A stretch of DNA of 43,852 nt from Cyanobacteria bacterium P01_A01_bin.123. GTDB taxonomy: Bacteria > Cyanobacteriota > Cyanobacteriia > Phormidesmidales > Phormidesmidaceae. The notes below the pieces were generated by a model that had not been told where the DNA came from, ran no database searches, and saw only the letters and a list, made by a program, of their open reading frames with translations. The stretch spans positions 1 to 43,852 of the forward strand of contig JBCBZT010000059.1 of assembly GCA_039815185.1 (NCBI GenBank), in the 5' to 3' direction. The position numbers and the translations under genes are program-made. Positions 28,115-37,312 of this stretch are shown piece by piece (position 1 is the stretch's first letter; each line of letters opens with the position of its first letter).

Positions 28115-28469
28115 TTTTATCTCTCTAGCCAAGTTCCTCTATTTCATATTTCGCGTTAAATTTCGCACCTGTCCTAATACGAATTTAGTGGTTAACGCCC
28201 GAAGAACCCTGCCAGCAAACACGTATCTTTCAGTAAAGATCCACTTTATTTTGTGCCTTAAGATACTTAAATCCGATCCAGTGGTTTCCGAAGCGCAGGC
28301 ACTTTCCTGACGGCCACTAGTCATAATTCCTGAGGATGCGAGTCTTATCTGTATGTTGAGTCAGGTTGGACGATGCGCCCCTTCATCGAGCGCAACTGTT
28401 ATAGTGTGCGTCAGCGCTAGCCTAAATCTGTGCTCAACTCTCGTGAGATAACCTTCTTGAAAGAGGCTT

Positions 28470-28964
28470 ATGAAAATGAAACCGTTCATTTTTGGTTCGA
28501 TCCTGTTCCTGGGTTTAGTTAGCAGTCCAGGACGTGCCCTCGCCCATATGATTGAAACCGACTATCAACTGATTTATGATTCACTCGAAATTCAGTCGTT
28601 AGAAATTCAATCAGTCTTTAGCACTGGCGAAGTTTTCCCGAATGCGCCCATTGTCGTTTACTCACCCGAGGATCCCACCACACCTTGGTTGGAAGGGACA
28701 ACTGATGAAAGCGGTAAGTTTGTCTTTGATCCAGATCCAGCCATTGCCGGGGAGTGGTCTGTTGAGATTGGGGAAGACAGCCATTGGGATCGCTTAAGAA
28801 TTCCAGTGGGCGATCGCGGCATTGATTTTGACGCTATTACCTATCTGGATGGGCATACGCCCCATCGCCATCATCCTTTTGCCGATCAACTGATCGTGGC
28901 AGGTGCAGCTATCTGTAGTGCCATTGGTGGCCAATTTTTAGGTCACAAGCTGAAGCGGAGATAA
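28470..28964 (+). CDS. Exported carboxypeptidase-regulatory-like domain protein (CbiL/NikL-like), C-terminal membrane anchor
   Basis: Signal peptide ending ALA-H; FSTGE...A.I.VYSPEDP..PWLEGTTDE.GKF.F.PD...GEW motif; His-rich linker. Confidence 0.65.
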   Translation: MKMKPFIFGSILFLGLVSSPGRALAHMIETDYQLIYDSLEIQSLEIQSVFSTGEVFPNAPIVVYSPEDPTTPWLEGTTDESGKFVFDPDPAIAGEWSVEIGEDSHWDRLRIPVGDRGIDFDAITYLDGHTPHRHHPFADQLIVAGAAICSAIGGQFLGHKLKRR

Positions 28965-29235
28965 ATCCTGATTTCGGGCTAGCGGATCAGCTAACGCCCG
29001 TACACCAATCCTTGAGATAGACCGTTAAATCATTTGCCTTAGGAACAGCAGGCACCTGATACATCATGTCGCTGACTAAGCCTCGATGATAGGTACCATG
29101 ATTCACGACGTGGAGAATCATGTCATTGCATCACATCATCCCTTTACCACCATCAACAAATTGAAAGTTGACGACATCTAGCAACGCCTCTTCACAGAGT
29201 GCTAATTCTCTGGGGCCAGACAATGCATTTTGCAC

Positions 29236-29262
29236 GGAGCGTGCGGCTGCACGCTCCATTTT
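29236..29262. terminator. Stem-loop between convergent genes, possible terminator
   Basis: GGAGCGTGC-GGCT-GCACGCTCC followed by ATTTT. Confidence 0.55.
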
Positions 29263-29271
29263 GAAAATTGA

Positions 29272-29640
29272 TTAGGACTGGATTCGTTGCACGACATCGA
29301 CACCAATCCCGTTAGGATCGACGAGAGCAAAATGGCGATCGCCCCAAGGTTCATCCCGCAGTTCAACCTCAATCGGCATCCCTATGGATTTAATGCGATT
29401 GTACTCAGCATCCACATCATCCACATCAATCGTTACCCATAGCCCTTGCCCCTGAAACGCCGAACGAAAGAGGGGAGCCTGAGCTTCTAAACCCGGTAGC
29501 ATAAAGCCTAATTCACTACTACCGAGTCGCAGCAAAACAAACCAGTCCGCCTCGAAAAGCACGTCACAGCTAAACAAACGCACGTAGAAATCCTTTGACT
29601 GCTTGATATTTTCAGTCACAACACCAGACCAGAGTTTCAT
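29272..29640 (-). CDS. VOC/glyoxalase family protein
   Basis: SKDFYVRLF, IDVDDVDAEY, LRDEPWGDRHFALVDPNGIGVDVV. Confidence 0.9.
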   Translation of the reverse strand: MKLWSGVVTENIKQSKDFYVRLFSCDVLFEADWFVLLRLGSSELGFMLPGLEAQAPLFRSAFQGQGLWVTIDVDDVDAEYNRIKSIGMPIEVELRDEPWGDRHFALVDPNGIGVDVVQRIQS

Positions 29641-29684
29641 GGCAAATCTCCTTGAATTCGCGTAAAGGAGACTCCAGTATCTGG

Positions 29685-30452
29685 CTAATGGCCGTGACGG
29701 TCTTGTAAGAAAGCGACACCCTCACTCATGAACCGGGCAGGTGAGACATTGGCTAATCGCTTAAACTCATGGCTCATGTGGCTTTGGTCGGTATAGCCTA
29801 GTTCTGCCGCGATCGCGGCTAAAGATAACCTAAAAGGGGGTGTCATTAAAGCCGTGGCCTGTTGAAACCGCATCACGGTGGCAAAGAACTTGGCCGATAC
29901 CCCAACGGTTTCTAGAAATACCCGCTCAAATTGGCGACGGCTTTTGCCAAACAGTTCTGCCGCTTCACCCACACTGACCCGACCATGATTTATGGCAATC
30001 CAGTGAATCACATCATCAATCCGATGATGACTGGGCTGTTGCTTCGCCAAATGACTTTCTAATAGATGATTAAGCCGATCGGCTAAACTACTATCCGTTA
30101 AATGTTCAGGAACCTCTCCTAATCCGAACTGGAGCAGGCCATCGGTAATTTCAGCGCGATCAGTCAACTCGCGAGCGCTGGCGTTGAGAAAGTGGCGGCT
30201 TTGCCCCGCCTTAAAGCGAATCCCCAAGTAGTAGCAGGGCTGCGCCAGGGTGATGTCCACCCGAGCCGTAGTTGTGCCGTAAATCCAACTGCCTACAGAC
30301 GCGCCATTCACCTGAATGACTAAATCCACCGCACCATCGGGCAAGGCCACATAGGTGGTATTGGGATTATCCAAGCTCAACCAATAGTGGCTGATGAAAT
30401 CCCGCAGGGATAGAGATGGTGTAACGGTTTGATATCTCGACTCGCTTGCCAT
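29685..30452 (-). CDS. AraC family transcriptional regulator (DUF6597-type N-terminus)
   Basis: LPDGAVDL, YLGIRF, SRRQFERVF..VG, LAAIAAELGYTDQSHMSHEFKRLA; ATG 30452 with AGGAG. Confidence 0.9.
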   Translation of the reverse strand: MASESRYQTVTPSLSLRDFISHYWLSLDNPNTTYVALPDGAVDLVIQVNGASVGSWIYGTTTARVDITLAQPCYYLGIRFKAGQSRHFLNASARELTDRAEITDGLLQFGLGEVPEHLTDSSLADRLNHLLESHLAKQQPSHHRIDDVIHWIAINHGRVSVGEAAELFGKSRRQFERVFLETVGVSAKFFATVMRFQQATALMTPPFRLSLAAIAAELGYTDQSHMSHEFKRLANVSPARFMSEGVAFLQDRHGH

Positions 30453-30491
30453 TGCTCCTGATAACGCGTGGCTTCTAAGCAGTGTACTCAA

Positions 30492-31481
30492 TCAGTTCAC
30501 GCCCACTTCGGCCCGAAAAATTTCTTGGGATTGGGGCATAGCGTCAGCCCGCGTAGCTCGGAACATGCCAAATCGACACAGCCCTGCACCAAAGGCAAGT
30601 CGCATTAACAAGATGGTAGGCACTTCTCTCAAAGATTTGATCAACCCAGATATTCCAAAGCGCACCAAACCGCTGGGTCGGGCCACCCCCTGCCAAATCG
30701 AATCCAGCCAAGACGGTAAAGTTTGCACTGTCCAGTCTGCTGTCTCCACATCGCCCGAAACCAGCCCTGTTTCCGCCAACAGTTCAGAAAACCCTTCTAT
30801 GCTGGCAAATTCAGGGTGAGACCACTGATCCAGGAGTTGTCGCATGACTGGACGCTCCCAAAAGTTCAGCGGTTTCTGCCGATCGTCTCGCTGATTCCAG
30901 TCGGCAAGAACCAGTACTCCCCCAGGTTTGAGCACACGCAACAGCTCACGGGCAAATACGGCTTTATCTGGCATGTGAGGCCCCGCTTCAACCGACCAGA
31001 CCACATCAAAACTCTCGTCTGGGAACGACAACGCCATCGCATCATCCACCTGAAATTTTGCATCGAGTGACTCTGGAGTCAGCTGTTGAGCTCGTTTGAC
31101 CTGGTTAGGACTGATGGTGATGCCGGTGACTGAAAACCCATAATCCCGTGCCAAAATTCGAGCACTGCCGCCAAACCCACACCCCACATCCAAAACCGTT
31201 GTCCCCTTAGGGAGTATGTCTAACCCACCCCAACGCACCATTTCATGGACAAAATCGGTTTTAGCCGCTCGAAAATCTTTCCGCCGTGGGGGAAAACCAT
31301 AGTGCCCCAAGTGGATGTGGTCGCCCCAATAAAACTCCAAAATGCCATCTTCAGTCCACTGGTCGTAGGCGTCAGCGACCGAGGTTGATGATTGATAGGT
31401 ACGGGCTGAGATCAGATAGAGTGCGACACAGGCCGCCAGCACCGCAAAGAAAAGTCCGACGATTAAAAAGATGCTCGACAC
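30492..31481 (-). CDS. MPBQ/MSBQ methyltransferase (tocopherol/plastoquinone pathway, Sll0418-like)
   Basis: YDQWTEDGILEFYWGDHIHLGHY, VLDVGCGFGGS, WSVEAGPHMPDK, ADWNQRDDR, QLLDQWSHP. Confidence 0.85.
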   Translation of the reverse strand: MSSIFLIVGLFFAVLAACVALYLISARTYQSSTSVADAYDQWTEDGILEFYWGDHIHLGHYGFPPRRKDFRAAKTDFVHEMVRWGGLDILPKGTTVLDVGCGFGGSARILARDYGFSVTGITISPNQVKRAQQLTPESLDAKFQVDDAMALSFPDESFDVVWSVEAGPHMPDKAVFARELLRVLKPGGVLVLADWNQRDDRQKPLNFWERPVMRQLLDQWSHPEFASIEGFSELLAETGLVSGDVETADWTVQTLPSWLDSIWQGVARPSGLVRFGISGLIKSLREVPTILLMRLAFGAGLCRFGMFRATRADAMPQSQEIFRAEVGVN

Positions 31482-31545
31482 AACCGTTACGCTTCATTGT
31501 TTCTGTGACTACAGCAATCCAACGGAGGCAGGAAGCAGGTGCCTA

Positions 31546-31650
31546 TATAGCGCTGGCCAGATTGCTTAATGCACCGAGTATCGCTGGGATGCTCAGTACA
31601 CAAGCACTCTGGCTTGCCGTAGCGCCCAAAGCTTTGTGGCTACGGCTATA
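31546..31650 (-). mobile_element. 105-bp MITE, copy 2
   Basis: Reverse-complement homologue of 16581-16685. Confidence 0.9.
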
Positions 31651-31784
31651 TCTCGCTCGTATAGAGAAGATACCTGGACAACAAGCACCTATGCCCAATC
31701 TAGGATTACTTACATGGATATTCTAAAAGCTTGGCAGACAGCACGCAGGGCGATCGCGCCAAAACCAGATTTTGATCGCAGCTG

Positions 31785-32465
31785 TCATGCTTCCGGCTCT
31801 ATCCCCAAAGTCTTTAACTGCTCCGCCAACTTAGCTGCTCGGGCCTCGGCTTGCTGGGTTTGAGCTTGGGCCTGAGCTGCCGCTTCGTCAGGCGTCGGAA
31901 CCAATTCACCACTTTCTAAGAAGTAGCGCAATACCCCTTGTTGAACACCTAGATATAACCCCAGTACCTGACTCCAGAACAACCCCGACGCATTGGGGGA
32001 AATCGCTTCATACCGTTGATCCACCAATCGATAGCCCTCAAATTCCAGGGTTTCTGGCGAAAACCAAAAATACTCTGGTGTGCGGAACCGATCTTGATAC
32101 AGCTCTTTTTTGAGATTTTTATCGGTCTTAGCGGTCGAATCCGACAACAGTTCAATAATCAGGTCAGGATATTGTCCCCTTTCTTCCCACACAACCCACG
32201 ATTTACGGGGGCGCTTCTCAGTGTGGTTCACCAGAAAAAAGTCTGGGCCTCGAAAATCTCGGTTTTTGAGCTGCTCCCGACTGAAATAAATCGTCAGATT
32301 TGCACCAATAAAGAAGTCAGATCGATCACGCCACAACCATTCTAGACAGGATACTAAAAGCGCCAACTGGGCATAGTGGAGCGAACTTTCCATTTCTGGT
32401 TCATTACTCTCCAGCTGGGTTGCATCTGGCATTAAATCCGCCAGTTCTTGAGCGGTGATTGCCAT
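31785..32465 (-). CDS. Uma2 (DUF820) family putative endonuclease
   Basis: EPEMESSLH, FRGPDFF, RKSWVVWEE..YPDLIIELLSDSTA..D, TPEYFWF. Confidence 0.92.
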   Translation of the reverse strand: MAITAQELADLMPDATQLESNEPEMESSLHYAQLALLVSCLEWLWRDRSDFFIGANLTIYFSREQLKNRDFRGPDFFLVNHTEKRPRKSWVVWEERGQYPDLIIELLSDSTAKTDKNLKKELYQDRFRTPEYFWFSPETLEFEGYRLVDQRYEAISPNASGLFWSQVLGLYLGVQQGVLRYFLESGELVPTPDEAAAQAQAQTQQAEARAAKLAEQLKTLGIEPEA

Positions 32466-32501
32466 GGCTTATCTAGGTTGGGTCAGATACGCTTATTGTA
32501 C

Positions 32502-33020
32502 TTATTCTCGTAATCGGGGCATTAACTCAACTAAGTTGCAGGGCGCATGGCGAGCGTCTAACTGATCTTGGATTAAGGCATCCCAACCTGTGCGGCAGGC
32601 ACCAGACGAACCAGGCAGGCAAAACACGTAGGTGCCATTAGCAACGCCAGATAATGCTCGGGATTGAATCGTTGAGGTTTTGATCTCCTGATAGGAAATC
32701 ATCCGAAAGATTTCGCCAAATCCCTGAATTTCTTTGTCAAGTAAAGGCTGGATGGCTTCGGGAGTGCCGTCTCGTCCTGTCACCCCAGTCCCCCCGGTTG
32801 TGATAATCGCCTGGACTGTTTCATCTGCAATCCAGCGTGAAACCACGGCTCGAATTTGGTAGATATCGTCGGGTACGATGGTTTTTTCCGCCAACTTGTG
32901 TCCCGCTTCGAGCAGGCGATCGCACAACAGCTTACCCGACTTATCTGTTTCCTCAGTACGGCTATCTGAGACGGTCATCACGGCAATGTTAACGGGGACA
33001 AAGGATTTTGCGTTAGCCAT
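32502..33020 (-). CDS. moaB: Molybdenum cofactor biosynthesis protein B
   Basis: VMTVSDSR...DKSG, ITTGGTGVTGRDGTPEA, GFGEIFR, TIQSRA, FCLPGSSGAC, PCNLV. Confidence 0.93.
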   Translation of the reverse strand: MANAKSFVPVNIAVMTVSDSRTEETDKSGKLLCDRLLEAGHKLAEKTIVPDDIYQIRAVVSRWIADETVQAIITTGGTGVTGRDGTPEAIQPLLDKEIQGFGEIFRMISYQEIKTSTIQSRALSGVANGTYVFCLPGSSGACRTGWDALIQDQLDARHAPCNLVELMPRLRE

Positions 33021-33187
33021 ATCAATCGCAGATCATTTAGGGAGTAGTGGCAGTAAAGCACAGCGGAGAAAATTCTCCTTCAACTCAACTATTCTGCATC
33101 AATCCGCCAATGAACCACCCCCTAAAGAGAATCGCATTCTCCAGATCTTCTAGATAGATTGCTCCCAGGGTCAGGGGGCATCAATAA

Positions 33188-33223
33188 CGATCGCCACCCC
33201 CTTTTCCAAGGCGGTGGCGATCG
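33188..33223 (-). terminator. Stem-loop downstream of the choice-of-anchor A gene
   Basis: CGATCGCCACC...GGTGGCGATCG inverted repeat; TTATT follows on the minus strand. Confidence 0.5.
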
Positions 33224-33250
33224 CTGGGAATCTCTGATTTTGGGATTTTT

Positions 33251-33355
33251 TATAGCGCTGGTCAGATTGCTTAATGCACCGAGTATCGCTGGGATGCTCA
33301 GCACACAAGCAATCTGGCTCGCCGTAGCGCACAAAGCTTTGTGGCTACGGCTATA
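33251..33355 (-). mobile_element. 105-bp MITE, copy 3
   Basis: Near-identical to 31546-31650; abuts the stop codon at 33356-33358. Confidence 0.9.
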
Positions 33356-34447
33356 TCAGGCGCTCTGCTTAAGTCTCGTGAACCCCAGACCTAACAGACC
33401 CAAACCCAGTAAAGCAGTTGGTTCAGGGACTGATTCTTTAGGCGCTTCAGGCGTATCAGACTTAAATAGATGCAGGTGAGACTCCCCTGTCCCTTCGAGC
33501 TTGCCTGCAATCAATGTGCCGTTGATGTGGCCATTGTTAAAATCCACATCGGCATTGGGAGCCAAAATGCTGCCCATAAAGCCAACCTCTGAAATATTTA
33601 GAGTGCTGGCTCCTTCGATATTGAACAACACGTTGCGGCCCCGCTCACGACACCAAAAATGCACCGTGTCAGTCGCACCAGGGTTGCAGTCTTGATCGCC
33701 AAAGAAGATGCCAAACCCACTCAGGTCAACGGCGTTGCCTTCAATGTTGATAATCACTTTGGCTGTTTCAGGGACATCGAAAACCAGCTTTTTAAGGTTA
33801 TCTAAGGCACCCGCTTCGATGTTAAATACATTCTCGTTTTCATCGGTGCCGATCAGGGTTGCCAGGGTAGCATCATCGTACTGTTCGTAGAGAATACTCG
33901 TCGTCGCGTTGGAGATCGTGGTGGCCATGCCCCCGCCAATAGGTTCTACCAGCGTGGTGTAATTTAACCCCATTGCACTGGTGGCAATACTACTGGCCAA
34001 CGCTTTTAACGATTGCTCAAGGTCAGCAAAATCAACGGGCGTATCTTGGCGGATCTCGCCTCGGCGAATGATGGTGTTGTCGGGGGCACGAAACTCGAAA
34101 CCCACATCATCAGTCACGGTGGCGCTACCCCCATACACTGCATCACCGTAAACCTTACCGTTGCTCAAATTGACATCACCACCCACCACCAGGGTGTCGC
34201 CGTGGCCATCGCCCTGGAGCTTGGCCCCGACGCCAAAAGTATTGGCGGTGAAGTCGCCTCCGACTGCCAACTTGCCTTGGACGTCAGTGTTTGTGAGGGT
34301 GTAGTCTCCAAACACGACGACGTTATAGTCGGCGGCTTCGCCAAGGGAGTAGGAAATCGCTTCGGCTTTGAGAGCTCCCCCAAACGCGATCGCGACTGGC
34401 AACGCCGTTAGGGTCAATGTCCGCTGTAAAGAACTGCTATGACGCAT
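33356..34447 (-). CDS. PEP-CTERM surface protein with choice-of-anchor A domain
   Basis: YNVVVFGD....TDVQGKLAVGGD, LVVGGD, VIINI.G, VLFNI..A, GSILAPNA...NGHINGTLIA...GESH; C-terminal VPEPTALLGLGLLGLG. Confidence 0.9.
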   Translation of the reverse strand: MRHSSSLQRTLTLTALPVAIAFGGALKAEAISYSLGEAADYNVVVFGDYTLTNTDVQGKLAVGGDFTANTFGVGAKLQGDGHGDTLVVGGDVNLSNGKVYGDAVYGGSATVTDDVGFEFRAPDNTIIRRGEIRQDTPVDFADLEQSLKALASSIATSAMGLNYTTLVEPIGGGMATTISNATTSILYEQYDDATLATLIGTDENENVFNIEAGALDNLKKLVFDVPETAKVIINIEGNAVDLSGFGIFFGDQDCNPGATDTVHFWCRERGRNVLFNIEGASTLNISEVGFMGSILAPNADVDFNNGHINGTLIAGKLEGTGESHLHLFKSDTPEAPKESVPEPTALLGLGLLGLGFTRLKQSA

Positions 34448-34542
34448 ATAGTATCTGTGATGTCCATATAACTTACGTAGTCACACCTACGAAGTTGGCA
34501 TACATCAGCAGTAATTATTCGGATTCATTAACGTAAACTTCG

Positions 34543-35466
34543 TTACATCCTTACATGATCTAGATGAACCTCATCCGAGATGAAACCCTTCCCGTCTCGC
34601 GCTGCCCGAAAGATGCGCTCCTCTAGATTGAGGATTGTGAGTTCAAATCCCCGTTGCATCCCAGCTTGCATCATGATCCAGATCCGCTTGGTGAGGTGGT
34701 GATAGTCGATGCCGTCAGCCATTAGGTTTTCTTCGGTGCGGATCGCGTTAGGCGTGATCAGGGTTGCAGCTTTGGCAGTGGCTTGGGTGGCGATCGCAGG
34801 CGGTTTTTTAGCCGCGATCGCCTTTGCCTGATCGGTAGCCTCGCGGATATTGACCGTCAATGGGGTTTGACGCAGCAGTTTAGCTAGGGCGACTGAATGG
34901 TCAACCAGCAATCGGGCGTCTCGATTGGCGGTGACTGAATATTTGCCGTTTGCTTCGATGAAGCCTTCATTGGTGGTATCTAAGGATGGAAACCAGGCCA
35001 CGGTGTTATTGGGTGGATTGATGCAGCCAAGTTGGTTGAAGTCGTAGCAGGTCTGAGCGATACATGGACTCCCGCCTGCGGTATCTCCCACCAGCACCAG
35101 ACCAAACACTTTGTTGTAGAGCGGAGATTGCCCCGTGGCGGGATTCGCATGGGTGCGACAGATGCCATGCAGGCGCTCAATCAGCTTTTGGCTCTCTGAA
35201 GATCGCATGCCGCTGACCACGGGTGTACCTAAAACTAAAATGTCGGCTTGCTTAATGCGATCGAACACGTCGAGAAACGGGGCTCCTGGCCCTGCCGCTA
35301 GGGTTGCCTCGGGCAAAATCTGCATATCAGCGATGCGCTGCTGCTGGATTTTGCAACCCTGTTGTTGATAAAGGGGGGCGACGAGAGCCCAGAGGGCTTC
35401 GGTATTGCTAAGTTCTGGGGAGGTTTTTAGGGTGCAGTTGAGAAATAGGACGTTGAGGGAGTGCAT
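34543..35466 (-). CDS. Flavodoxin-fold/NADPH-dependent FMN reductase family protein with a C-terminal extension that appears truncated
   Basis: LFLNCTLKTSPELSNTEAL, IKQADILVLGTPV..G.RSS..QKLIERL, LYNKVFG; likely ATG at 35466. Confidence 0.75.
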   Translation of the reverse strand: MHSLNVLFLNCTLKTSPELSNTEALWALVAPLYQQQGCKIQQQRIADMQILPEATLAAGPGAPFLDVFDRIKQADILVLGTPVVSGMRSSESQKLIERLHGICRTHANPATGQSPLYNKVFGLVLVGDTAGGSPCIAQTCYDFNQLGCINPPNNTVAWFPSLDTTNEGFIEANGKYSVTANRDARLLVDHSVALAKLLRQTPLTVNIREATDQAKAIAAKKPPAIATQATAKAATLITPNAIRTEENLMADGIDYHHLTKRIWIMMQAGMQRGFELTILNLEERIFRAARDGKGFISDEVHLDHVRM

Positions 35467-35701
35467 GGGCGGCAAGAGGGCTGGGGGGAGAGGGAGCAGG
35501 GAAGGCAGGGAGGGCAGGGGATTTATGGTGTTTCTATGATTATTTCGGTTCAAGCTGGGTAGTCGGTGAGGATGGCCTGAGGAGAGTATTCAGCTTTCCA
35601 AAAAACCTCACCCTACTGTCATCTCCACCTCATTCTTGACGATACGCAATTCAGTAAACTCTTCCGTAATCTATCCACTGACACAACCCAATTCGCCCAC
35701 A

Positions 35702-36700
35702 ATGAACGAAACTCTAGATAACCATTCCAACCCGCTCAGTCCAAAGGCGATGTTGGTTGCATCCCGCGCCCTATCCGCTTCCCGCCCCGCTTTGATTGGA
35801 TTTTTGATCGCCCGGGGGTCGGAGTTGAGTGGCGGGATAATCCAGCCGATCTCGTTTTGCAACATCCTCTTTGTGGGCAATCTCTGTGCAGCACTGGTGG
35901 TGGGCTTTTGGTTTGGATTTAGCAATATTGTCAGCGATTTGAAGGCGCTCAAACCCAAGGCGCTGATTGGCTTGTTTCTCAATGGGTGTTTGGCCACGCT
36001 GCTGTCGGCGCTGATTTTTATTGGCTTGCAATATACCAGCGTGACCAATGCGGTTTTATTAGGAAGATTGGGGCCAGTATTGTTTGCCCTAGTCGGAGCG
36101 CTGCTGCTGGGTAAGCAGATTAAACGATTGGAATGGTTTGGGTTTTCTCTGATTGGAGTGGGTGTGGTCGCGATCGCGCTTAAAACCAGCAATTTTCAAA
36201 TCAATCGCGGGGACTTTTTAATCCTGCTCTCGACTGTCGTATTCGCAGTATCAGCCCTGGTCAATAAGCTGATGGTCGCGAAAGCCGCAACGTTGTCTTC
36301 AGTGGTGTTTTCGCGCAATCTGCTGTCATCGGTGATCTTTTTCTTCATTGCCATGCAGCTGTTTGGGCCTGAGCATTTTGGCGATGCATTTAGCGGCAAA
36401 TTGTGGATTTTGATGTCGATTTACGCACTGATTGTGATTGTATTTGCCCAACTGCTTTGGTATGCATCGGTTGACAATCTCGACTCCAGAACGGTAGGGC
36501 GATTGACGGTGCTATCCCCCATTTTTGGGGTGACCTATGCGTTTTTGTTGAACGGTGAGCGGCCTTCTGGGATTCAGGTGGTGACGTTAATTATTGTGAT
36601 TATCGGGGTATTAGTTGCCAGTTTAGGCGGGCAAAAGAAACCGGAATCTAAGGCGGAGATGATGATGCATGAACCTGAAAATGCGGCGTCGGCACCGTAG
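35702..36700 (+). CDS. DMT/EamA family transporter
   Basis: About 10 TM helices; ISFCNILFVGNLCA, GLQYTSVTNAVLLGRLGPV, LSPIFGVTYAFLLNGERP. Confidence 0.85.
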   Translation: MNETLDNHSNPLSPKAMLVASRALSASRPALIGFLIARGSELSGGIIQPISFCNILFVGNLCAALVVGFWFGFSNIVSDLKALKPKALIGLFLNGCLATLLSALIFIGLQYTSVTNAVLLGRLGPVLFALVGALLLGKQIKRLEWFGFSLIGVGVVAIALKTSNFQINRGDFLILLSTVVFAVSALVNKLMVAKAATLSSVVFSRNLLSSVIFFFIAMQLFGPEHFGDAFSGKLWILMSIYALIVIVFAQLLWYASVDNLDSRTVGRLTVLSPIFGVTYAFLLNGERPSGIQVVTLIIVIIGVLVASLGGQKKPESKAEMMMHEPENAASAP

Positions 36701-36843
36701 GGATAGGGTGCTTGACAAGGGAGAGAAATCAGGAATTAGTAAGAAAACTGACGTTCAGCTTCGGTACCTCTAGTCTAGACAGGAGCGGTATGGCGATCGC
36801 GAGATTCGATGCCACTTCATATTGCTGAATTCTCATCATTGGA

Positions 36844-37113
36844 CTACTGCCAAATTCGTCGGTTTAGATTCAAATCTTCGACAATGCCGATCATCATCTG
36901 TAAAGTTTGACAGTACTCCAATATTGGCTGGAAGGTAAGGATACTGGCAAAAATTGGCGGTTCAAATAAATCCTCCTCATAGGGAATCGCAATGTAGACA
37001 CTGTTATTCACAAAAGCAATGCGGATATCCTTTCCGATTTTGTGTTGTAAATCGACTAAACGTTGCATCAAGCTGGTCGAGAGCACATAGCGCGCCTCAA
37101 TTTGGTCAACAAA
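36844..37113 (-). pseudogene. C-terminal remnant of a DUF3137-like gene
   Basis: DQIEARYVLSTSLMQRL...FVNNSVYIAIPYEEDLFEP...IVEDLNLNRRIW, with an in-frame stop immediately upstream (37114-37116). Confidence 0.7.
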
Positions 37114-37312
37114 TTAGAACTGTCAAAGTCCGAATTTTTTCTCCTTTAAGGAGATTCGACTATAGTTCATATGAACTCACTTGCCATTTGCGTATATCGA
37201 ATTTAATTTCTCTTGGCATCCTCTAATCCATCAATCGGGCTATCCAAAGACTATCCTCATATTTCTGGGTTTTCATACGGATGTGCCCGACACAAATCCC
37301 AGGAATCCGCCG

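Noticed and set aside
28140..28469. Cobalamin or nickel-cobalt riboswitch upstream of the CbiL-like gene
   Set aside because: No B12-box or other conserved riboswitch core seen.
33021..33250. Moco riboswitch upstream of moaB
   Set aside because: No recognisable Moco-motif conserved segments; only a HIP1-containing hairpin.
31286..33479. ORFs sharing similar peptides (e.g. LLNAPSIAGMLSTQA) at 31286, 33159, 33122 and 16491
   Set aside because: These are translations of the 105-bp MITE copies, not a gene family.
34448..34490. NtcA box GTA-N8-TAC (34477-34490) with TACTAT 23 nt downstream on the minus strand
   Set aside because: That -10 element abuts the ATG at 34447, so the TSS would fall inside the signal-peptide coding region. 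The flanks are CGTA/TACG, not TGTA/TACA, and the match is explained by a local hairpin.
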